Positions 56,240-64,000 of a DNA stretch of 64,000 nucleotides are shown in pieces. The stretch's first letter is position 1. Every line of letters begins with the position of its first letter. This DNA is from Polyangiaceae bacterium (GTDB taxonomy: Bacteria > Myxococcota_A > Polyangia > Polyangiales > Polyangiaceae): positions 128,001 through 192,000 of the forward strand of contig CBDCTZ010000013.1 of assembly GCA_965222375.1 (NCBI GenBank), written 5' to 3'. The position numbers and the translations under genes are program-made. The notes below the pieces were generated by a model. The model had not been told where the DNA came from. It searched no databases and worked only from the letters and a program-made list of their open reading frames with translations.

Positions 56240-58141
56240 TCAGCGAGACGGGGGGCGCGAAAACAACGATGTTTCGAGGCCGAAGCCGCGACCTGCCACA
56301 TGAGTCGCGACCCGCGGCACGATGCCCGAAGGCGTGAAGGTGCCCTCTACCGCGCCGCCAGCGGCCGTGCGCTCCACCACGAAGCTGAAGATATCCTGGA
56401 CCTCGATTCCATCTTCGGTGCTGCCCAAGACTTCTGCCACCCGCAGCGCTCTGTGGCGCCCGTCTCGCAAGCGACCAATCTCGACAATCACGTCAATGCT
56501 CGAAGCAACGCTCTCGCGGGCAGCGGTCAATCGCTCGCCCATTTGGCAACCAACCGACGTCAGTCGGGCAAGGGCGGAGCGCAGCCCGCCTCCGTAGCTG
56601 ACCGCGACCAGCCCCTCAGCTCCGAGCCGTGTGGCGTCGAGCACACCTGCGATGAGGTCGGGCTCTGACAGCTCCGCCGCCAGTCGGACGCCGGGCAGAT
56701 TGGCAGACGCCAGCACTGCCTGCCGCCCAACCATACCTTCTGGCACGCGCAGGGACGCGCAGTTCGGGACCAACCCCGACAGATCTTCGCGCCCCTCGAG
56801 CAAAACGACGGGCGCCTCACTGCGTGCAACGGCAAGCAGCGATGACAGCACTCGAGCCGTCCCGGAATCCCGCGGGCCCGCCACGAGCACATTCACGCGA
56901 GCCATGACCGCATTCTGCAAGAATGTCGCGATGGCCCGAGACACGACGCCAGCCCGCACCAACTCCTCGAGGGTGGTCTGAGCGCGCGAAGCCTTCGTTA
57001 CGCTGAGCATCGGCCCCTGAGGGGCCATTCGTCCGAGGACGGCAGTGAGGCGTCCTCCATCTCTCAATCGCCGCTCGACCAGCATCTCTTCCGAATCGAG
57101 AGGCTCCCCAGCCGCACGTGCCATGCGTGCGACCACTCGACCAACCGACGCAGCGGATGAAAACGGCGGCTCGATTATCGCCATCTCGTCGCCGCGATGA
57201 GCAATCACCTGGTCGAAGCGGGGAACCCCGACGGCGCTCACGGTGCCGTCCACGAGCAGCCCGCCAATTGGGCCCAATTCGACCAGTTCCGCCCGGGCCT
57301 GAGCAGCGAGTCGGGGCAGGTCGATAGAAGCCTCGACTTCCCCAGAAGACTTCAGAGCCTCTGATCGCTCGGAAAGTGCCCGTTCTGCGGCGCTCCGAAC
57401 TGCATCTGTGATCTCGCCATCCAGCGCTTCAGGCCCCACGGTTGCCGTGGCGTGCTCGACCAACATGGCCAGCACCCGGCGCAGCGCCACCGCTTCTCGG
57501 CTCGGTTCGCCGGCGGGCGAGAGGGATCTCGCGTCGATGTCGGCGTGGGAAACGTCGACGATGCTCGCTCGTTGCGCGACGGAGCTGGGTTCCGGCCCGG
57601 GGTGCGAAGGACGCGACGCGTCCGGCAGCCGAGGCGGACCCGGGACGCGAGGATAGCTCGCTCCGCTGGGTTCATCCCGCTCTTGCGGAATGTGAGTCTG
57701 CACCGAGCCCTCTTGACCGCTCTCCCGCACCTGACCGCTGTCGCGCACGTGGCCACTTTCGCGAGCAAGCACCGGACCGCTGCCCGTCGTTTCCGCGAGC
57801 TCTCCGGCAGACGAGTCGGCTTCCGAGGGCTCGATGCGAAGAACGAAATCTCCAATGTAGATCCGATCGCCTTCGCGAACGATAGTGGCTTGAGAGATGC
57901 GCCGACGGTTTACGTAGGTTCCGTTGGTGCTGTTCAGATCGGTGACGATGAAGCGCCCATCTCGGTAGATCAGCCGTGCGTGACGCTTCGACACGTTGCC
58001 CTTGGGCAGCATCAGATCGTTGCCTTGCACTCGCCCGACGGTGATTTCCGGACGGTCGTAGGACTCTCGACGCTCGGCTCCCCCCTTTTCACTGATGATG
58101 ATGGAGAGCACAGGCTCTTTGGCTTCGTTGGGGGAGATCAC
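56240..58141 (-). CDS. FHA domain fused to degenerate CpaF/TadA-like ATPase
   Basis: GR...NVSKRH...STNGT FHA; LGPIxxLLxDxTVS; Walker A region GPRDSGTA; C-terminal DGRHR...IEVQDIF. Confidence 0.8.
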   Translation of the reverse strand: MISPNEAKEPVLSIIISEKGGAERRESYDRPEITVGRVQGNDLMLPKGNVSKRHARLIYRDGRFIVTDLNSTNGTYVNRRRISQATIVREGDRIYIGDFVLRIEPSEADSSAGELAETTGSGPVLARESGHVRDSGQVRESGQEGSVQTHIPQERDEPSGASYPRVPGPPRLPDASRPSHPGPEPSSVAQRASIVDVSHADIDARSLSPAGEPSREAVALRRVLAMLVEHATATVGPEALDGEITDAVRSAAERALSERSEALKSSGEVEASIDLPRLAAQARAELVELGPIGGLLVDGTVSAVGVPRFDQVIAHRGDEMAIIEPPFSSAASVGRVVARMARAAGEPLDSEEMLVERRLRDGGRLTAVLGRMAPQGPMLSVTKASRAQTTLEELVRAGVVSRAIATFLQNAVMARVNVLVAGPRDSGTARVLSSLLAVARSEAPVVLLEGREDLSGLVPNCASLRVPEGMVGRQAVLASANLPGVRLAAELSEPDLIAGVLDATRLGAEGLVAVSYGGGLRSALARLTSVGCQMGERLTAARESVASSIDVIVEIGRLRDGRHRALRVAEVLGSTEDGIEVQDIFSFVVERTAAGGAVEGTFTPSGIVPRVATHVAGRGFGLETSLFSRPPSR

Positions 58142-58273
58142 GAACCGCTTCCCTGAAATTTAGCCGATAGCGCTCCCCAGCTGTCAACGAACTAGCGTGA
58201 GCATCGCAATTCTATGTCAAAACCCCCGGCTTTCGGGAGCCTCAACTCAGGATTACCCGCGCCTGGGCTGGCG

Positions 58274-58462
58274 TCAGGAATCGCTGGTGATCCGGCCGTC
58301 GCGCACGTCGCTGGCAACCCGGGCGAGGAGCTCGCTGGCTAATTGCATCACTTCCTCCTCGGAAAACCCACTGGCGCGGAGCTCGCGATAGATGGTCTTG
58401 GCCAGGATGCGGACGGCGCGGGGGTCCGAGGGAGTCGACGATACTTCGAAGGGGAGGGCCAT
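58274..58462 (-). CDS. Small hypothetical protein (62 aa)
   Basis: DPRAVRILAKTIYRELRASGFSEEEVMQLASELL helical protein of a type I recognise from myxobacteria. Confidence 0.65.
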   Translation of the reverse strand: MALPFEVSSTPSDPRAVRILAKTIYRELRASGFSEEEVMQLASELLARVASDVRDGRITSDS

Positions 58463-58719
58463 GTGGTCAAACCAGATAGAGAGGGGGGGGTAGACGACTG
58501 CTCCCCCCTTGCATGAAAGAATGGTGCCGAAGAAGTGACATGATCTTTCCCTCGAGAAAACACCATGCCCCAGCGCAAGCGCGAAATGGCGTTCGCAGGC
58601 CGACCGCGTAAGAACCCTCGCGCAAGCCACGGATTCGGGCGAAGTGGTTCAACCGAAATAGCTGGCCGCGCCTAACGCACCGCGGCGCGGGCCGCCCTAG
58701 GTCGGATGGGGTGGCGCAC

Positions 58720-59064
58720 TCAGGAGGCTTGCTCGAGGAATGCGGCAGGCTTGGGATAGTCGTTGACCAACTTCTTCGGCGGGCGGTCCACTGCGCAGAG
58801 CAGGCTGGTGACGAGGTCTCGGCCTTCTCCACCAAAGTAGAGCGCCTCACCAACGCAAGGTTCGCCTTCGTTGGGCAGGGCCACGCCGTTGGGCTGAAAG
58901 CGCACGCGCCCTGCCAGGGTGCGCCTGAGCGCCAGGTGGGCCGGCAACCAACTGCCCGAGCGGCGGTCTCGGACGGCGATGCAGACATCTCGACGGAAGT
59001 GATACTCGGTGTTTCGTGTCACGAACATCTTGTGGATACGGCGCTCAGTACGTATTTCACTCAC
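58720..59064 (-). CDS. Hypothetical protein
   Basis: GGAGGA RBS with GTG start; ERRIHKMFVTRNTEYH...CIAVRDR...LVTS pattern. Confidence 0.75.
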   Translation of the reverse strand: MSEIRTERRIHKMFVTRNTEYHFRRDVCIAVRDRRSGSWLPAHLALRRTLAGRVRFQPNGVALPNEGEPCVGEALYFGGEGRDLVTSLLCAVDRPPKKLVNDYPKPAAFLEQAS

Positions 59065-59262
59065 GGCAATTCCTCCGAGCCCGAGCCTGACAGCCCAGCG
59101 GAACTTCGCCAAATTTCCGGGCTTTTCCCTTGCCTATCTGGTTATCGAAGCAAGCCAGAGAAGGCGCCAACAACTGGCTGATTGCCAGCGACGCACTCTA
59201 CGATCCGATTTGTGAAACGCCGTCCCGGCCCCGGACTCAGGAAGACTAGCGGTTTGTCGCTG

Positions 59263-59670
59263 GTGGAGCATCGGACTGCGCAACTATGGCGCAGCACCGA
59301 CTACGGCTGGCGGGAACTCTTCGAATCCGCGGACGTCATGAGCGAAGGCGCGGTGCGGGACGAACGGGAAGGACCAACCTATTACGGCTCGACCAGCGTG
59401 CTTTTGCCCTTCGCGTCGCGCGGCGGAAAGATCCCCGACGATCAGGCGGCCACGGTCCATCGCCTCATAGCGGCTGATCCCCACGCTCGCTTACGTGCAG
59501 TTCGCATCGCCTGCTTGGAGGCGGAACTTCGCGCCGGGTCCCGAATTGGCCAAGTGCGCGCCGAACTGTTTGTGCGTCGAGACAAGCGCGGCGTCCGCAT
59601 CGATGTGGATGTGGAAACCCTGGTCGTTGGGGAACGGGCACCAAGCCGCGCGCGCTCACGCCGCGAGTGA
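59263..59670 (+). CDS. Hypothetical protein
   Basis: Natural composition, GC3-biased codons. Start uncertain. Confidence 0.55.
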   Translation: MEHRTAQLWRSTDYGWRELFESADVMSEGAVRDEREGPTYYGSTSVLLPFASRGGKIPDDQAATVHRLIAADPHARLRAVRIACLEAELRAGSRIGQVRAELFVRRDKRGVRIDVDVETLVVGERAPSRARSRRE

Positions 59671-60027
59671 ACTTCGCGGCCGTCGAGGAAAGTCAGGCAA
59701 ACTCCGGCCGCGAACTTGCGTTTGCCCGGTATCCAGCCCCTGGGTGTGACGCGAACCCGCTCCACCGGGGAGTCGGGCTCGGCGGCGCCACGTGAATTGA
59801 ACGACGACAGCGGGTTCGGCGCGCGCCACGAGGCACGACTGACATTCCACATGCCCACGCCGAACCGCAAACGGTACAACAAGTCAAGTGCAAGAGCGCG
59901 CCATCGCACGCACGAGAAAGTCCTAAGGATCTCGCGCAGGCGCGGCGCTGATGGACTACAAGCTTGACAGCGCGTGCGGTGCGGAAGAGTGATTAGCTAG
60001 GTCTGTTGCCGCACGAGTGTTCGATCC

Positions 60028-61023
60028 ATGAGGCGCAAGAAGAAACGCGACGACAAAGTGATTCATGTCGTGTTCGGCCCCGGCGGTGGCCGCGTAGACA
60101 ACTCCATGCCCTCACCGGCGGCAACGCTCACGGATCCGACTAGCTCCGGGCGCGAGCCGCTGACAGATCTGTTCACTAGAGCGGAGATCGCCCGTCTGCT
60201 CGGCATCACCCCGGGACGGCTGCGAACCTTGGATCGGACCGGCGTGGTCTCGCCCAACGGTCGGCGACGGGGCAAAAGGGCCTATACGTTCTCGGACTTG
60301 ATCGCGCTGCGCACGGCACAGACTCTGCTGGACAAGAACGTTCGGCTCCGGGATGTGACCCGCGCCGTGAATGCCCTGAAGCGCACGTTGCCCCGCGTGA
60401 CCCGCCCGCTCGCAGAGCTTCGAATCGTGTCCGATGGACACAAGGTCGTGGTGCGAACCCAGGACGGGAGCTTCGAACCCCTGACGGGGCAAATGATGTT
60501 GGACTTCGAAGTGAAGTCGCTGCGTGACGACGTGGTGCGGGTGCTGCGCCCCTCCGCGGGGCGAGAGCGCGCCCGCACTGCCTATGAGCTCTACCTGCGC
60601 GCCAGTCAGCTGGACGAGGATCCAGAGACCATGGACGAAGCCGCGGTGTTGTATCAGCAGGCCATCGAGTTGGACCCCTGGCTGGCTATCGCCTACACGA
60701 ATCTAGGCAATATTCGCTTCCGACGGCACGATCCCGAGGGGGCGGAGGTGTTGTACCGCAAAGCGCTGGAAATCGACTCTCGACAGCCGGAAGCTCAGTA
60801 CAACCTGGGCTACGTGATGTTGGAGCGCGGTCGGCCCGAGCTCTCCATCCCGCTCTTCCACGGAGCTCTGGAATCCGACTCGAAGTTCGCCGACGCGTAT
60901 TTCAACCTAGCCATGGCCTACGAGCAGATTGGCGAGACCCAGAAGGCTCGTCCGTATTGGAAGAGCTACATCGCACTCGAGCCAGCGGGCACTTGGACAG
61001 AGATCGCCAAGCGCCATCTGTGA
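60028..61023 (+). CDS. MerR-type HTH plus TPR protein
   Basis: FTRAEIARLLGITPGRLR...YTFSDL HTH; TPRs (AYTNLG, AQYNLG, AYFNLA). Confidence 0.85.
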   Translation: MRRKKKRDDKVIHVVFGPGGGRVDNSMPSPAATLTDPTSSGREPLTDLFTRAEIARLLGITPGRLRTLDRTGVVSPNGRRRGKRAYTFSDLIALRTAQTLLDKNVRLRDVTRAVNALKRTLPRVTRPLAELRIVSDGHKVVVRTQDGSFEPLTGQMMLDFEVKSLRDDVVRVLRPSAGRERARTAYELYLRASQLDEDPETMDEAAVLYQQAIELDPWLAIAYTNLGNIRFRRHDPEGAEVLYRKALEIDSRQPEAQYNLGYVMLERGRPELSIPLFHGALESDSKFADAYFNLAMAYEQIGETQKARPYWKSYIALEPAGTWTEIAKRHL

Positions 61024-61046
61024 GCTTGCGCAGCTAGCGTGAAGCT

Positions 61047-61859
61047 TCAACTCAGACGCCGGTGCTCCAACGACGGGACGGCAGCTCGAACTCGCGCCAA
61101 GAGATCGAAATCCAAATCCGCGACGACGAGCCCGACTCCATCGGAGCACTCCGCTACGACGACACCCCATGGGTCGACAATCAGGGAATGGCCATAGGTC
61201 AGTCGCCCCTTGGGGTGTTTGCCCCATTGCCCCGCAGCGAGCACCCAACACTGCGACTCGATGGCGCGAGCGCGCAGCAGCGCGTGCCAATGATCTTTGC
61301 CCGTTTGCAGGGTGAAGGCCGCCGGCACGACAAGAACTTTGGCTCCCTGGGAAACCAATCGGCGATACAGCTCCGGGAAGCGCAGATCGTAGCAGATTGA
61401 CAGCCCAACGCTCACGCCGCGCACCTCGGTCACCACCGCTTGATCCCCAGCCGATGTCGCCGCCGACTCACTGAGCACCGTTCCATCCGCTAGTGCGACG
61501 TCGAAGAGGTGGATCTTGCGGTAGTGGGTCACCAGCTTTCCCGACGGTGAAATCACCAGCGCGGTGTTGAAAGGGCGCTTGGGGTCCGCACTCGCCTCGG
61601 GGAACCCACCACCAATGATGGTCAGCTTGGCCTCTTGCGCCAGCCCTGCGAGGTAAGTCTGAATGGGACCGTCACCCAAGCGTTCCGCATACTGCCGCTT
61701 GTCGGATTCTGCCCCCATGTAGGCGAAGTTCTCCGGCAGCAGGACCATTTCAGCGCCCAACCCCCCCGCCTTCAAGACCTGGAGCCGGCACTGGGCCAGG
61801 TTCTCGTCGACGCCATCCTGACACTGGAGCTGAACCACGGCCGCGCGCAGACTCGACAT
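61047..61859 (-). CDS. Carbon-nitrogen hydrolase (Nit1/deaminated-glutathione amidase-like)
   Basis: LPENF, YRKIHLFD, SICYDLRFPE, RARAIE, YGHS..VDPWG. Confidence 0.92.
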   Translation of the reverse strand: MSSLRAAVVQLQCQDGVDENLAQCRLQVLKAGGLGAEMVLLPENFAYMGAESDKRQYAERLGDGPIQTYLAGLAQEAKLTIIGGGFPEASADPKRPFNTALVISPSGKLVTHYRKIHLFDVALADGTVLSESAATSAGDQAVVTEVRGVSVGLSICYDLRFPELYRRLVSQGAKVLVVPAAFTLQTGKDHWHALLRARAIESQCWVLAAGQWGKHPKGRLTYGHSLIVDPWGVVVAECSDGVGLVVADLDFDLLARVRAAVPSLEHRRLS

Positions 61860-62002
61860 GCTCGGGAGCATATCCGGTCTGGAGGGCAGATGCGTCCGCT
61901 AGCGTCTGGAATCCCAGAAGGCAGCAATAATCCCCTGCCGGCGGACCACCGGTCGGCGGATACTTGCGCGGGCCCAGCGGCTAGGCTTTCCTCGCAGGAC
62001 CT

Positions 62003-63409
62003 ATGGTCGACAAGACGACCGGCGCGATGCAGGCGTTCGGCGCACCCGCTGCGCCGGGAGCCCATTCCCGTGCAGGGCTCGTGCTCCTGTACACGGAGGC
62101 CTACGCGTCCCTGCCGGGTGCGATCTTGCTCGAGCGCGAGCGCCAGGTCATCGGTCGCGACGAAGGCGTGGAGATTTGCCTCCCGGTCACAGCTGTCTCT
62201 CGGCGCCATGCGGAGATTGCCTGGGAGCAGGGCAATTGGGTGATTCGCGATCTGGGAAGCCGCAACGGGATCATCATCGAAGGGCGTCAGGCCACCGCGG
62301 AGGAGCTGGAGCCCGGGCAAGAGGTCCGCATTGGCGATGCGGTCTTCAAATTCGTCGACAAGCACGCGGAACTGTACGTCCCGTACCGCATTGACGGCTC
62401 CGTCGCACCGGGCTTCGAGCGCAAAGGCCGAAGCCCCAAATCCTTGGTCGGTGGGTACCACATGGATCGCATTGCCGCAGACCTGGCGCGCATTGCTCCC
62501 ACACCGCTGAGCGTCATGCTGCTGGGCGAGAGCGGAACGGGCAAAGAAGTCGTTTCCCGAGAACTCCACGCCTTGAGCGGGCGCCGCGGTGATTTCCACG
62601 CGGTCAATTGCGCAGCGATTCCGGGGCAGCTGCTGGAGAGTGAGCTCTTCGGCTACAAGCGCGGCGCCTTCTCCGGGGCAGAGCGGGACAAGCCCGGACT
62701 GATCAAGCTCGCCGACAACGGCACGCTCTTGTTGGACGAGATTGGAGACATGCCTTTGGAGGCGCAGGCCAAGCTGCTGCGGGTGCTGCAAAACAAAGAG
62801 GTGTTCCCCTTGGGCGCGACCGCACCGGAAAAGGTGGACGTGCGAATCGTATGCGCAACCCACAGAGACCTGTGGCGCCTGCAGGAGGCGGGTACCTTCC
62901 GCGAGGACTTGTTCGCGCGGCTGAACGAGTACCAGCTGAGGCTGCCACCGCTTCGCGAACGCAAAGAGGACACCTACATGCTGACGCGAGCCTTCCTGAC
63001 GCGGCATGGACGTCCGGAGGTCAAGACCACCTTCGCTTTCATGCTGGCCCTTTTGCACTATGACTGGCCCTACAACGTCCGCGAACTCGAAGCCTGTATC
63101 AAGCGCTGCCTTGCGCTGACGGATCGCGACGTCTTGGACCGAGACCTGATCCCGGATGCGGTACGCGACGCCATGGCGGACTACGCGCAACCTAAAGCCC
63201 CGGCTCGAACCAGCGTGCATCCAGACACTTCTCCAAACTCTGCCCCGCCGGCGCGACGCACTGTACCTACCGAAGAAGAGCTGAAGGAATTGCTCGTCCG
63301 TCATCAAGGCAACATCGCAGCCGTGGGGCGCGAACTGGGCAAGGCTCGCATGCAAGTGCACCGTTGGATGAAGCGCTACGGCATCGCCGTGGAAGATTTC
63401 CGCAGCTGA
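62003..63409 (+). CDS. FHA-domain sigma54-dependent enhancer-binding protein
   Basis: FHA (IGR, VSRRH, SRNG), GESGTGKE, ESELFG..RGAFSGA, LDEIG, WPYNVREL, Fis-type HTH. Confidence 0.93.
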   Translation: MVDKTTGAMQAFGAPAAPGAHSRAGLVLLYTEAYASLPGAILLERERQVIGRDEGVEICLPVTAVSRRHAEIAWEQGNWVIRDLGSRNGIIIEGRQATAEELEPGQEVRIGDAVFKFVDKHAELYVPYRIDGSVAPGFERKGRSPKSLVGGYHMDRIAADLARIAPTPLSVMLLGESGTGKEVVSRELHALSGRRGDFHAVNCAAIPGQLLESELFGYKRGAFSGAERDKPGLIKLADNGTLLLDEIGDMPLEAQAKLLRVLQNKEVFPLGATAPEKVDVRIVCATHRDLWRLQEAGTFREDLFARLNEYQLRLPPLRERKEDTYMLTRAFLTRHGRPEVKTTFAFMLALLHYDWPYNVRELEACIKRCLALTDRDVLDRDLIPDAVRDAMADYAQPKAPARTSVHPDTSPNSAPPARRTVPTEEELKELLVRHQGNIAAVGRELGKARMQVHRWMKRYGIAVEDFRS

Positions 63410-63416
63410 GAGCGCC

Positions 63417-64000
63417 TCACAGGCCGCCACTGCACAGACCTTTGACCTCTTGCTGAGCCAACGCGCAGGCGCGCTCAGCGGAGGCGCACTTTCCCGCAAC
63501 GCAGGCGCGCACCGTATGTCGCGCGTTGCCTCCTTCACACTGACAGCAGTGGCGATTGCAAACGCTGGCCGCAGTGCATGGCGCGCCGGCTTGTGCCCCG
63601 CTCCGGGGCGCCTGCTTGCACCTGCCGCAACCGCTGCGCACGACTTCGAGCTTCAAGGTCTGCGTGCCGTCCTCGGTTTTTCGTGTTAGGTGATGGGACA
63701 GTCCTTCGTGAGCGCACGGCGCCATGCACGCTTTCAGTTTTTTCCGCTCGGCCACGCAGCCGGTGACCCGCTTTGCCCCCAGGCAGTCTGCACCCTGGCA
63801 CGTCGCATCGCAGGCCGCTCGAGCGCCAGCGATGCAGACGAGCAACCGCCGGTGCTCGCCTTCGCAGTTCACTGCGGCGGCTCGGGATCCCTCGAGAAGG
63901 CAGCCCCGGCCGCACCCCCCTGAAGCGCTTGGCTGACCGCAGCTCGCGGCGGAGCACGCTCGGTTGCACAGCGCTGAAGTGCTCTGGCCGCCCTGCGGCT
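63417..64000 (-). CDS. Cys-rich hypothetical protein; start lies beyond the right edge
   Basis: The frame of ORF 63417-63872 stays open to the window end (PQGGQSTSALCNRACSAASC...). Confidence 0.6.
   Translation of the reverse strand, partial: PQGGQSTSALCNRACSAASCGQPSASGGCGRGCLLEGSRAAAVNCEGEHRRLLVCIAGARAACDATCQGADCLGAKRVTGCVAERKKLKACMAPCAHEGLSHHLTRKTEDGTQTLKLEVVRSGCGRCKQAPRSGAQAGAPCTAASVCNRHCCQCEGGNARHTVRACVAGKCASAERACALAQQEVKGLCSGGL

Noticed and set aside
62660..62680. GAFSGA instead of GAFTGA as a sign of a non-functional activator
   Set aside because: GAFSGA is a common natural variant and the other AAA+ motifs are intact.
61772..63538. 588-aa minus-strand ORF
   Set aside because: Antisense shadow of the sigma54 activator; long shadow ORFs are common at high GC.

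Overview
GC-rich window (roughly 65% by eye) from a myxobacterium, most likely Polyangiaceae/Sorangiineae. This is inferred from a MYXO-CTERM tail, Cys-rich and Gly-linker lipoproteins, an FHA-sigma54 activator, a Ser/Thr kinase and an AgmX/PglI-like domain. About 55 CDSs are supported. Core genes include purF, HMG-CoA lyase, pilB-pilT, moeB, an acyl-CoA dehydrogenase and yceD-rpmF-fabH-fabD-fabG-acpP-fabF-nrdR-ribD-def; many other genes encode secreted or lipoprotein products. No rRNA, tRNA or CRISPR array was found. The most unusual feature is an ~2.35 kb unit (44406-46750). It holds a lone HNH endonuclease gene with an apparently structured ~245-nt non-coding leader and two near-palindromic repeats inside its linker. 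It is enclosed by two ~300-bp imperfect inverted repeats and has no transposase. It is a candidate selfish or possibly RNA-associated nuclease element. Four separate genes are followed by short tandem repeats (48-87 bp period) at their 3' ends, three of which re-copy the stop codon. Two genes carry single frameshifts, which may be pseudogenes or assembly errors. All functional calls come from motif recognition by eye; no searches were run.
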